Shown in pieces: positions 1 through 9,309 of a stretch of 64,000 nucleotides of DNA (within the stretch, counting starts at the first letter, position 1; each line of letters starts with the position of its first letter). The DNA lies in contig JBFOMH010000004.1 of NCBI GenBank assembly GCA_040830765.1, forward strand, positions 1 to 64,000, in the 5' to 3' direction. Source of the stretch: Puniceicoccaceae bacterium (GTDB lineage Bacteria; Verrucomicrobiota; Verrucomicrobiia; Opitutales; Oceanipulchritudinaceae). A program made the position numbers and the translations under genes. Below the pieces are notes generated by a model, which did no database searches, had not been told where the DNA came from, and saw only the letters and a program-made list of their open reading frames with translations.

Positions 1-114
1 GTCCAGCTGGCAATAGCAGGAGATACCTGGCTCGCTGCCCGCCACTACGGCGCCTGTAAGCACAAGCTTTAGTTTGATCCCTAGAAGGCGCCTCTCGTCA
101 TCGGTCGGGGCCTC

Positions 115-1014
115 TTGCTCACGGGCGCAACAGCCTTTGTGGTAGTTCTTCTGTTTTTCCCGAGGGCACAGTTCCAGATATTTTCCGGCCTTCCGGATGT
201 TGCCGCCCGCCTCCATTCCAGCGCGGCGGAGATCCCGCTGCTCTTTGCCGGACAGGTTTCGGACGCCGGAGATGGGCCCATCACCTATGCCCACGGCTTC
301 TTTCTCATCTCGACACCGCTCTGGATGCTGCTCCTCCTGGCCCTTGGCATCGGACTTCTCGTCCGGCATCTCACGAGGGGTCCCGAGGGCCTGATGGTGC
401 ATTGGTTTGTCCAATGCCTCTTTCTTGCCGCCGCCGCCTTTCCGTGGGTCTACATCCTTGTCACCCAACCGGCCTTGCACAACGGGATCCGTCATCTCCT
501 CTTTGGGATCCCCCCACTGGTGGTCCTGATGGCCTACGCCGTCGACCAGATGGCCGAGTTGCTGGCGGAGCGCCCGCGTATGGTTCAGGGAACGGCCGGG
601 GGACTGCTGGCAGGCTGTATCATCCTCCAGGTTGCCGGACTTGTCCGCATGCATCCCTACCAGTACGTCGCCTTCAACATGTTCGCCGGTGACCGGACAA
701 CCATTCCCAACCGTTACGAAACGGAGTACTGGTTCACCTCCTCAAGGCACCTGCTGGAGGCCATGCCGGCCATCATTAGCCAGGAGGGCTCAGCCATCCG
801 CCCCGGACAACCGGTCAAACTCCGCATTGCCGGCCCCCTCAACGCAGCCCGGCCCTTTGTCCCGGATGGATGTGTCCTTGTTGATTCGATTGAAGAAGCG
901 GACTACTACCTCTCCAACACCACCTTCCGGACCGACTTGCTGGCCGAGGGCGAAGTCGTCTACCAAATCAACCGGGGCGGAATGACGCTCGGTGTGGTCA
1001 AGCAACTCCAATAA
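115..1014 (+). CDS. C-terminal part of a polytopic membrane protein, ArnT/PMT (GT-C)-like glycosyltransferase; 5' end apparently disrupted
   Basis: Several TM segments with HNGIRHLLF and HPYQYVAFN...YETEYW motifs, resembling GT-C-like membrane glycosyltransferases. In-frame TAG stops lie upstream at 70-72 and 82-84. Confidence 0.55.
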   Translation: MLTGATAFVVVLLFFPRAQFQIFSGLPDVAARLHSSAAEIPLLFAGQVSDAGDGPITYAHGFFLISTPLWMLLLLALGIGLLVRHLTRGPEGLMVHWFVQCLFLAAAAFPWVYILVTQPALHNGIRHLLFGIPPLVVLMAYAVDQMAELLAERPRMVQGTAGGLLAGCIILQVAGLVRMHPYQYVAFNMFAGDRTTIPNRYETEYWFTSSRHLLEAMPAIISQEGSAIRPGQPVKLRIAGPLNAARPFVPDGCVLVDSIEEADYYLSNTTFRTDLLAEGEVVYQINRGGMTLGVVKQLQ

Positions 1015-1031
1015 CCGGCAATCCAACGTTC

Positions 1032-2066
1032 ATGAGATTCCTGATAGAAGCACACCACCCAGGGGATATCCATTTCTGGAAATACCCCATCCGGGAGTTG
1101 CAAAATCGAGGACATACCGTGCTGATGGTGGCACGAGACCGGGATGTCATGAAACGACTGGTCACGGCCTATGACTGGATACCCCACGTCATTCCCAGGA
1201 GACGGAACAACCAGAACAAATTTCCTCTTCTTGAAATGCTCTCACGTCAATGGGCCGTAGCAAAACATATACGAAGCTTCCGCCCGGATATAGTTTGCAG
1301 CCTGTTCGGCAGTTACTGCCAGAGCGCATGGCTGTTTCGAAAGCCTAACTACATCTTCACCGATTCCGAATTCCAGCATTTCAATCATCGCATCGCCCAC
1401 CCCTTCGCAACTGAAATCCACACACCTTATTGTTTTTATAAGCCACTGGGCCCGAAGCAACGGCACTACAACGGTATCCACGAGCTGTCCTTTCTTGATA
1501 GCCGCCGGTTTCATCCGGATGCCTCACTGCTGGACACTATTCCCGGATTCAAACCCCGTGAGTATGTACTCATCCGCCTTTCAGCCTGGAACACCTTCCA
1601 TGACATCAACCAGGAAGGCATCGGGGCCGGGGTAACGGCCTTCATTGAGCGATTCAAGGACCGTTACCGGATCGTCATCTCAGCGGAAGAAAACCAGCTC
1701 CCGGAGGAGCTTCGCCGCTACGCCATGCAGTTTCCACCGGAGGACTTCCACCACATCCTGGCATTTGCCCGCTTTGTCCTCACTGAAGGCGCTTCCACTG
1801 CCAGCGAAGCCGCCTGCCTCGGCGTCCCCACGGTCTACATCAATTCCACGGAACCGCGTGGATACCTCTGCATGCTGGAAAAGGAATACGGACTGGTGCA
1901 AAACTTCCGGGAAGCGGACAAAGGCATTCCCGCCGCCATCAGTTGGCTGGAGCAGCTTGACCGGGATAAACTGCATGCCCTCCAGTCCGAACGGTCCCGG
2001 ATGATTAACGACCATTGCGACGTGTGCAGTCACGTTGTCCAGGTCCTCGAAAATGGGGTTCGGTGA
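1032..2066 (+). CDS. DUF354-family putative glycosyltransferase (GT-B-like)
   Basis: N-terminal HHPGDIHFWK...GHTVLMVARDRD, FTDSE, YNGIHELS and EGASTASEAACLGVPTVY are characteristic of DUF354 proteins in polysaccharide loci. Confidence 0.75.
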   Translation: MRFLIEAHHPGDIHFWKYPIRELQNRGHTVLMVARDRDVMKRLVTAYDWIPHVIPRRRNNQNKFPLLEMLSRQWAVAKHIRSFRPDIVCSLFGSYCQSAWLFRKPNYIFTDSEFQHFNHRIAHPFATEIHTPYCFYKPLGPKQRHYNGIHELSFLDSRRFHPDASLLDTIPGFKPREYVLIRLSAWNTFHDINQEGIGAGVTAFIERFKDRYRIVISAEENQLPEELRRYAMQFPPEDFHHILAFARFVLTEGASTASEAACLGVPTVYINSTEPRGYLCMLEKEYGLVQNFREADKGIPAAISWLEQLDRDKLHALQSERSRMINDHCDVCSHVVQVLENGVR

Positions 2067-2166
2067 GACCACTGGAGGCCGGCGGCAGGTCCGGATTTCT
2101 GCTTTCCATGACAGGGTTTCCCTTGCCTCCCGACCACCTCTGACTTCCAATGAGCCGCGGTAGATC

Positions 2167-3588
2167 GTGCAAAAGAAACGGCGACAACTTCTCTATTTCA
2201 CTAACAATGACAGCGGGCGCGATGTTGAGATGCTGCTGCCTCTTCTGTACTTCGCCGAACGGTTCCTGAACTGCGAGGTGACAACAAGCCTGACCCCGAA
2301 TATTCACGAGATATTCCGACGCAAACCCGACTGTGTGGTCCTCGCCAACACGATCGGGGCAAAACTCCACTTCGATATTGCCCGGATTGCCACTGGGGCC
2401 GGTATTCCGGTTTTTGCCCTTGTTTCGGAAGGCAATTTTCCGACCGATGGGTCCTTTAACTACTGGGGATATAATTCTGCCCAAAAGCTGTACGAAGCGT
2501 TTCTGTGCTGCTGGTCCCCCCGGACCCGCGACTTCATGCAGGCTCAACTACCGGACCAGGCGGAACAAATTGTCCTCACCGGAGCACCCGGATTTGACCG
2601 CTACCAGATTTATTCTTTCTCGACGAGGGAGGCCCTTCTCGAAAAGCATGGCATCGACAAGGAACGGTTCAAGCGCTTCATCGGTTATGCCGGGTGGGGA
2701 TTCGGCAAGCTGGGCCACCCGCGCGGGCGCAAGGAGTTGCGGCAATACTTCAAGGGCGATGCCGGAAAACTGGATTGGGCCGAGCAGCAGCGCAAAGCCC
2801 TGGAAAAAATCCTGGAGCAGGCCGTGGTCGCCAATCCGGATACCTTGTTCATTTTCAAAAAGCACCCCACCGAGACCGTGGCCGCAGAAGGGAACGCAGA
2901 CCTTAATGAAATGGCAGCTCTGCGGCACTACCCGAACGTCCTCTACCTCCTTGAAGAAAACCTTCACGACATCATCAGCAGCGTCGACCTCTGGTGGGTT
3001 TATGAATCCACCACCGCAATTGAGGCGGATATGATGGGGAAAGAGACCGTTTTTATCGTACCCGATGATGACTTTCCTCGCACGGAACTCCACGAGGGAT
3101 TTCCCGAAGTGAGAAACTATCCCGACTTGCAGCAGATGACGGAGGCCTTCTTTAGCGGCGGTTCCCTGCCCTCCTACGAGGCGTTGTCGGGGAGAAGAAA
3201 TGAAATAATCGTCAACACCATCGGATGGAGTGACGGGCTCAACCATGTCCGGGCGGCTTATTATTTATCCAGGACATTGGAATCAGCGCCTCCCGCCGCC
3301 AAGTCTGGCATCTCCTGGTATTATTTTCTCGTCTACTGGATTCTGCGCGGCCTTACTGCACCATGGTTTCCCCGACGGCTTTACGCATTGCCATTCCTGT
3401 CCAGCAAAAGCTGGGTCCTGAAACGTTACAGCCTCGTAAATCTCCCGCGTCTGAGAGAACGGTATCGCCCATTCCTGGAATCCTTTTATACAAGAAATGA
3501 TATTCCGGGGCGATTCCGTGATGGAAGCCTCTTTTCAAGTGTTTTAAAACAGTCTAATTCTAATCTTACTGACTATGGAACTGAATGA
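2167..3588 (+). CDS. Surface-carbohydrate biosynthesis protein, GT-B-like; candidate nonulosonate transferase
   Basis: TGAPGFD, FKKHP and ESTTAIEA motifs. Overlaps the pseB start. Confidence 0.55.
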   Translation: MQKKRRQLLYFTNNDSGRDVEMLLPLLYFAERFLNCEVTTSLTPNIHEIFRRKPDCVVLANTIGAKLHFDIARIATGAGIPVFALVSEGNFPTDGSFNYWGYNSAQKLYEAFLCCWSPRTRDFMQAQLPDQAEQIVLTGAPGFDRYQIYSFSTREALLEKHGIDKERFKRFIGYAGWGFGKLGHPRGRKELRQYFKGDAGKLDWAEQQRKALEKILEQAVVANPDTLFIFKKHPTETVAAEGNADLNEMAALRHYPNVLYLLEENLHDIISSVDLWWVYESTTAIEADMMGKETVFIVPDDDFPRTELHEGFPEVRNYPDLQQMTEAFFSGGSLPSYEALSGRRNEIIVNTIGWSDGLNHVRAAYYLSRTLESAPPAAKSGISWYYFLVYWILRGLTAPWFPRRLYALPFLSSKSWVLKRYSLVNLPRLRERYRPFLESFYTRNDIPGRFRDGSLFSSVLKQSNSNLTDYGTE

Positions 3589-4591
3589 TGCATCAATTCT
3601 CGTAACCGGTGGGACCGGCTCGTTCGGTAAAAGCTTCATCAAGACGGTTCTCAAGCGTTGGCCGAAGGTGAGACGGCTGGTTGTCTTTTCGCGGGACGAA
3701 CAGAAGCAATACCAGATGGCCCAGGAGCTGCCTCCCGGAGAGTATAAGGCATTGCGGTATTTTATCGGTGATGTCCGGGACTATGACCGCCTCAAGCGTG
3801 CTTTCGAGGGGATTGACTACGTTATCCACGCAGCCGCCATGAAGCATGTTCCGATTGCCGAATATAACCCGATTGAATGCATCAAGACGAATGTCAATGG
3901 GGCGGAAAATGTTATCACTGCCGCGCTGGATTCGGGAGTTAAAAGGGTCGTTGCCCTGTCGACCGACAAGGCTTCAAGCCCGATCAACCTTTACGGGGCA
4001 ACCAAGCTGTGCTCAGACAAGCTCTTCATTGCAGCCAACAACTTCAAGGGCACCCGCGACATCCGGTTTTCCGTTGTCCGGTATGGGAATGTTATGGGCT
4101 CCAATGGTTCGGTCATTCCCTATTTCCTGAAACAACGGGAAAGCGGGCGGCTGACCATCACCGACAACCGGATGACCCGATTCAACATCACCTTGGACCA
4201 TGGTGTCGACATGGTCCTGCAGGCACTGGCGGATGCCTGGGGAGGGGAGATTTTCGTTCCCCGTATTCCTTCCTACCGGATCACGGACCTGGCCGAGGCG
4301 ATCGGACCGGATTGTCAAATTGACGTCACCGGGATCCGCCCGGGTGAAAAACTGCATGAGGAAATGGTCAGTGCCTCGGATAGTCCCAATACGGTGCGTT
4401 CGCGGGAAAACTATATCATTCTCCCGTCACGTCCCTCTTGGAATCTGGAGGAATACGCAAAGACCTACTCAACGGAGCCAGTGGAAGCTGGGTTCAGTTA
4501 CAACTCAGGTGACAACGAGGACTTTCTCGATGTGGAAACCATTCGTGAACTGATTCGGACCCATTTGGATCCTTCCTTTTCCGCAGGATAA
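3575..4591 (+). CDS. pseB: UDP-N-acetylglucosamine 4,6-dehydratase (inverting)
   Basis: TGGTGSFG, HAAAMKHVP, STDKASSPINLYGATK, RYGNVMGSNGSV and GIRPGEKLHE; first gene of the pse cluster. Confidence 0.95.
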   Translation: MELNDASILVTGGTGSFGKSFIKTVLKRWPKVRRLVVFSRDEQKQYQMAQELPPGEYKALRYFIGDVRDYDRLKRAFEGIDYVIHAAAMKHVPIAEYNPIECIKTNVNGAENVITAALDSGVKRVVALSTDKASSPINLYGATKLCSDKLFIAANNFKGTRDIRFSVVRYGNVMGSNGSVIPYFLKQRESGRLTITDNRMTRFNITLDHGVDMVLQALADAWGGEIFVPRIPSYRITDLAEAIGPDCQIDVTGIRPGEKLHEEMVSASDSPNTVRSRENYIILPSRPSWNLEEYAKTYSTEPVEAGFSYNSGDNEDFLDVETIRELIRTHLDPSFSAG

Positions 4592-4597
4592 TCATTG

Positions 4598-5818
4598 ATG
4601 GAAGAGGCATCCAGCAGACGCGTCATTCCCTACGGCTTCCATAGCATCAGCGAGGCAGACTGCTCCGCCGTTCTGGAGACTCTCCGTTCCAGCTACCTCA
4701 CGGGAGGCAGTCAGGTAGCGGCATTTGAAGAGGAATTTGCCGCGTTCGTTGGAGCAAAATATGCCGTGGCCGTTTCCAACGGGACAACCGCCCTGCATCT
4801 GGCCATGCGCGTCGCCGGCATCGGTCCGGGGGACCGGGTTATCACATCCCCCAACACCTTCCTCGCCTCCGCAAATTGTGCGGCCTATGTTGGGGCCACC
4901 CCGGACTTTGCTGATATTGATCCGGGCGATTACACCCTCTCTCCCGATTCGCTGGAGTCGGTTTACCAGCCCGATTGCCGGGCCGTGATTCCAGTGGCCC
5001 ACGGTGGCCAATCTGCCGACATGCCGGCCATAGCAGCCTTTGCCCGTTCCCATGACATGCTGATCATAGAAGACGGCTGCCACGGACCAGGAGGGGGATT
5101 CCTCCATGATGGCTCTGTCCACCTCACTGGTGGCCATCAATGGGCCGACATGACGACCTTCTCCTTTCATCCGGTCAAGTCGATGACAACGGGCGAAGGC
5201 GGCATGATCGTAACCAACAACCGTTCCTTCGCCGAAAAGGCCCGCTTGTTGAGGAACCATGGTATGGAACGGTCCAAGGAAAACTTCACCACCTTTGGAA
5301 GGGAAACGGATCCGCTCTTCGAAGAGGGACCCTGGGTCTATGAAATGCAGGACCTGGGATACAATTATCGCATTACGGACTTCCAGTGTGCCCTCGGCCG
5401 GACTCAACTGCAGCGCCTCCCGGAATTCATCAGGAAACGGAGGGAAATTGTCGCCCGCTACAACGAAGCCTTCGCGGACCTCCCCTGGCTGACAACGCCC
5501 GGACTTCGCAACGAGGCCGACAGGGACCATATCTCCTGGCACCTCTACACGGTGCAGATTGACTTTGGCGGGTTGCGGCAAAGCCGCTCCTCCGTCATGA
5601 ATCGCCTGCGCGAGCAAGGCGTGGGCTCACAGGTCCTCTATATTCCGATCTACCTCCAGCCATGGTACCGTGAGACCTACGGTTATGGTCCCGGGAAGTG
5701 TCCCAACGCGGAGGCCTACTACCAACGCTGCCTGAGCCTTCCCCTGTTCCCGGAGCTCACTGAGGCTGAGCAACAAACCGTGATTGATACCATCCGCCAA
5801 CTACCCGAATCGCCATGA
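4598..5818 (+). CDS. pseC: UDP-4-amino-4,6-dideoxy-N-acetyl-beta-L-altrosamine transaminase (DegT/DnrJ family)
   Basis: IPYG N-terminus, SNGTTALHLA, PLP-lysine motif FSFHPVKSMTTGEGG, LGYNYRITDFQCALG; follows pseB. Confidence 0.93.
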   Translation: MEEASSRRVIPYGFHSISEADCSAVLETLRSSYLTGGSQVAAFEEEFAAFVGAKYAVAVSNGTTALHLAMRVAGIGPGDRVITSPNTFLASANCAAYVGATPDFADIDPGDYTLSPDSLESVYQPDCRAVIPVAHGGQSADMPAIAAFARSHDMLIIEDGCHGPGGGFLHDGSVHLTGGHQWADMTTFSFHPVKSMTTGEGGMIVTNNRSFAEKARLLRNHGMERSKENFTTFGRETDPLFEEGPWVYEMQDLGYNYRITDFQCALGRTQLQRLPEFIRKRREIVARYNEAFADLPWLTTPGLRNEADRDHISWHLYTVQIDFGGLRQSRSSVMNRLREQGVGSQVLYIPIYLQPWYRETYGYGPGKCPNAEAYYQRCLSLPLFPELTEAEQQTVIDTIRQLPESP

Positions 5819-6519
5819 ACTGCGCCATCATTCCAGCCAGAGGTGGCAGCAAGCGGATTCCGAGAAAGAATGTCCGTGAATTCTGCGGCCGTCCGATGAT
5901 TGAATGGTCCATCCGGACAGCCATCGATTCAGGCCTCTTTTCGAGGATAATTGTCTCAACGGATGATCCCGAAATTTCAGAAGCCGCGCTGAAAGCCGGC
6001 GCCGAAGTTCCCTTTGTTCGGCCACCGGAAATTTCCGATGACACCACGCCGACCATCCAAGTCATCCGCCATGCCCTTGACTGGCTCGAGAGTGAGAATG
6101 CCGTTCCCGAGTTCGTCTGCTGCCTTTATGCCACAGCACCATTTTTAAGGCCTGCTTTCCTGCAAAAGTCGCTGGAGCAGCTCAGGTCGGACTCGGAAAC
6201 CGCCTTTCTCGTATCGGCGACAGAATACGCCTTTCCCATATTCCGAGCCCTCAAAACAGACCCGGAAGGCCGGGTATCCATGTTCTGGCCGGAGCATAAC
6301 CTGACCCGTTCCCAGGACCTGCCACCCGCCTTTCATGACGCGGGCCAATTCTACTGGGGAACCCCAACGGCCTTTCGAGAACACGAGGGATTTTTCAACG
6401 CTCCCTGCCGCCTTTTCCTTCTTCCTCCCCACCGGGTCCTCGACATCGATTCGCCGCAAGACTGGGAAAAGGCTGAGATAGCTTTTGAGATCATGAACCG
6501 ACTGCCTGCCGATGACTGA
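5815..6519 (+). CDS. pseF: Pseudaminic acid cytidylyltransferase
   Basis: AIIPARGGSKRIPRKN, CCLYATAPF, RSQDL...DAGQFYWG and DIDS..DW. Confidence 0.93.
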   Translation: MNCAIIPARGGSKRIPRKNVREFCGRPMIEWSIRTAIDSGLFSRIIVSTDDPEISEAALKAGAEVPFVRPPEISDDTTPTIQVIRHALDWLESENAVPEFVCCLYATAPFLRPAFLQKSLEQLRSDSETAFLVSATEYAFPIFRALKTDPEGRVSMFWPEHNLTRSQDLPPAFHDAGQFYWGTPTAFREHEGFFNAPCRLFLLPPHRVLDIDSPQDWEKAEIAFEIMNRLPADD

Positions 6520-8227
6520 TTCCGCACAGAAAAAAGTTATCATTAGGGCCGATGCGGGAGGCGAACTCGGCTCCGGTCACGTCATGCGGATGCTGGCCCT
6601 GGCCCAGGCTTTGCAGAAAAGGGGTGTCAGCGTTCTCATGGCCAGTATCCAGTGTCCCGACCAACTCCTTTGCCACCTCCGGTCATCGGGAATCGCCCAT
6701 CACCCCATGGAGGAAGTTACCCTCGGAGGCGTTGAAGACAGCGCCCAAGTCCTAAGCCTGGCCAGGGAGCAGCAGGCCTCCTGGCTGGTTCTTGATGGAT
6801 ATCACTTTGGGCATGGCTACCAGCGATGCCTTCACGAAGCCGGCTTCAAAGTGGCCGTTATGGACGACTTCGCCCACACGGAAGAATGGTGTGCTGACCT
6901 GATCATCAATCAGAATCTGGGGACGGAAGGGAATACTTACAGGAACGACATTCCCGCATACCGTTACCTCGGTGGTCATTGTTTCGCAATGCTGCGGAAG
7001 GAGTTCACAGAGGCAGCTATCTCCCACCCACAGAAACGCGGACCGATCCATCATCTCCTCCTGACCATGGGAGGGGTCGATGCCGGAGACGCTTCAGGAA
7101 AGATCCTCGAGGCGTTGGAAAAAGTAACGGGCACCAACCTCAAGATAACCGTGGTCGCAGGGGGTGGCAACCCACACCTCGAAAGCCTCCGGCAGCGGGC
7201 CGCCGACTCCCGGCATTCCGTAAAGGTAGCCTGCAATGTTGAAAACATGACCAAACTCTACAACGAGGTAGACGGTGTCATTTCAGGCGGCGGCAGCACG
7301 TGTTATGAGTGGCTTTATTACGGGCTCCCTGCAGCCGTTGTCGAGCTGGCGGAAAACCAGGCCCCTATCGTCCGGGAACTGGAACGTACAGGGGCCGCCT
7401 TGAACCTTGGAATCCCGGAGGACTTGGCCGAGGCGGCAACCATTCAATCCCTTCAGGCGTGGCTGGAGAGTCCTTCCCCGACTGGTGAGGCCTGTCCAAG
7501 AGTGGATGGGAAAGGGGCGGACCGGGTTGCCGCAGCGCTAGACAACAAATTAAGGATAACCATCGCCACGGCGGAAAAGTCATGGATGAATGGATACATT
7601 GAACAGTCCGTCAAGGAAGGTGCCTTCAAGGAACATGAGGTGACTGTTGTTCATGATGCTGCCAAGGCACCTCCCGGTGATATGCTTTTTCTTCTCTCCT
7701 ACTGGTCGATTGCTGATGCGGCTACCCTCGGAAAACACACTCATAACCTCGTCGTCCATGCCAGTGACCTGCCAAAGGGAAAGGGATGGTCACCGGTATC
7801 ATGGCAAATCCTTGAAGGGTGTGACCGCATAACCTTCTGTCTCTTTGAAGCAGTTGACAAAGTCGATGCCGGGCCGATCTATCTACGGAAGGTCATGGAA
7901 TTGCAGGGGGATGAACTATTGGATGAAATCCGCGCCCAGCAGGCTGCCATTTCTTTGGAATTGTGTGCCCGGTTCAGCGCGGAGTATCCTTACAGCTGCG
8001 CCACCGGTGAACCACAGCAAGGGGAGGAATCGTTCTACCCGAAGCGGTCTCCGGAGGATAGCAGGCTCGATCCGCATAAGCCCATCGCCGAACAGTTCAA
8101 TTTGCTGAGGATCGCCGACAACGAGGCCTATCCGGCCTTCTTCGAATACGAGGGGAAAACGTATATTCTCCGGGTTTCCAAAAAAGCTAGTCCATCCGAA
8201 AACAGGGAGACGCCCAATGAGCACTGA
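6512..8227 (+). CDS. pseG: PseG UDP-sugar hydrolase fused to a C-terminal N10-formyl-THF-dependent formyltransferase
   Basis: About aa 1-343 is PseG-like (RADAGGELGSGHVMR, LDGY, MGGVD, GGSTCYE, VDGKGADRV). About aa 344-571 is formyltransferase-like (LLSYW, HASDLPKGKGWSP, VDAGPIY, YPAFF). Confidence 0.88.
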   Translation: MTDSAQKKVIIRADAGGELGSGHVMRMLALAQALQKRGVSVLMASIQCPDQLLCHLRSSGIAHHPMEEVTLGGVEDSAQVLSLAREQQASWLVLDGYHFGHGYQRCLHEAGFKVAVMDDFAHTEEWCADLIINQNLGTEGNTYRNDIPAYRYLGGHCFAMLRKEFTEAAISHPQKRGPIHHLLLTMGGVDAGDASGKILEALEKVTGTNLKITVVAGGGNPHLESLRQRAADSRHSVKVACNVENMTKLYNEVDGVISGGGSTCYEWLYYGLPAAVVELAENQAPIVRELERTGAALNLGIPEDLAEAATIQSLQAWLESPSPTGEACPRVDGKGADRVAAALDNKLRITIATAEKSWMNGYIEQSVKEGAFKEHEVTVVHDAAKAPPGDMLFLLSYWSIADAATLGKHTHNLVVHASDLPKGKGWSPVSWQILEGCDRITFCLFEAVDKVDAGPIYLRKVMELQGDELLDEIRAQQAAISLELCARFSAEYPYSCATGEPQQGEESFYPKRSPEDSRLDPHKPIAEQFNLLRIADNEAYPAFFEYEGKTYILRVSKKASPSENRETPNEH

Positions 8228-9305
8228 GATTTCCATTGCGGGCAGGAAGATCGGGACCGGGCACCCAGCCTATGTCATTGCTGAATTGTCGGCAAATCAC
8301 AACCAGTCGATTGAGCGGGCCAGGGAATTGATCCAACTGGCCGCGGATGCTGGAGCCGATGCGGTCAAGATCCAGACCTACACGCCGGATACCATGACCA
8401 TCGACTGCGACAATCCCCACTTTACGATCGGCAAGGGGACGATTTGGGAAGGCAGGACGCTTTATGACCTTTACGGGGAAGCCGCTACCCCCTGGGAATG
8501 GACGGCCGACCTTATCGCAACGGCAAAGGCGTGCGGACTGACCCTTTTCTCAACACCATTTGATGACAGCTCTGTTGACTTTCTGGAGACAATGGGAATG
8601 CCTGCCTACAAGATCGCCTCCTTTGAACTGGTGGACTTGCCCCTGTTGAAGCGGGTGGCAGCAACCGGCAAGCCCGTCATTCTCTCCACGGGGATGGGTA
8701 CTGAGGCCGAGATCAAGGAAGCCGTCTCCACACTGAAGGATGCAGGATGTGTCGAGTTGGCGGTCCTCAAGTGCACCAGTGCCTATCCGGCCCCGGCAGA
8801 AGATGCCAACCTTGCCCTCATTCCGGCAATGGCGGAAAAACTTTCCCTGCCGGTGGGATTATCGGACCATACCCTCGGTCATACGGTAGCTGTGACAGCA
8901 ACAGCCTTGGGTGCTTGCATCATTGAAAAGCACTTCACCCGATCCCGAAGCGAAAAGGGGCCGGACAGTGAATTTTCCATGCAACCTGAGGAATTCAAGG
9001 CGATGGTTGAACGCATCCGTACCGCTGAGAAATCGATTGGCGTTGCCGAGTACAGGCTGAGTCCAAAGGAACAGGCAAGCAGGGTGTTTCGACGGTCTAT
9101 CTTCATAACCGCTGATATCGAGGCAGGCGGCCTGCTAACACCGGATAACTGCCGTGTAATCCGTCCCGGGTACGGGATGGCTCCGAGGGAACTCCCGAAT
9201 GTCCTCGGCAAAAAGGTAGTTGCCGCGGTCAAGCGGGGCACACCTCTGCAATGGAATCTTATCGAGGATGAACCGACCAAGGGTTCTGAAGCAGATCCAG
9301 GCTGA
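8217..9305 (+). CDS. pseI: Pseudaminic acid synthase (NeuB family with C-terminal SAF/AFP domain)
   Basis: IAELSANHNQS, KIQTYTPDTMT, YKIASFE, LKCTSAYPA, GLSDHT, IEKHFT and RVIRPGYG. Confidence 0.95.
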   Translation: MSTEISIAGRKIGTGHPAYVIAELSANHNQSIERARELIQLAADAGADAVKIQTYTPDTMTIDCDNPHFTIGKGTIWEGRTLYDLYGEAATPWEWTADLIATAKACGLTLFSTPFDDSSVDFLETMGMPAYKIASFELVDLPLLKRVAATGKPVILSTGMGTEAEIKEAVSTLKDAGCVELAVLKCTSAYPAPAEDANLALIPAMAEKLSLPVGLSDHTLGHTVAVTATALGACIIEKHFTRSRSEKGPDSEFSMQPEEFKAMVERIRTAEKSIGVAEYRLSPKEQASRVFRRSIFITADIEAGGLLTPDNCRVIRPGYGMAPRELPNVLGKKVVAAVKRGTPLQWNLIEDEPTKGSEADPG

Positions 9306-9309
9306 AAAA

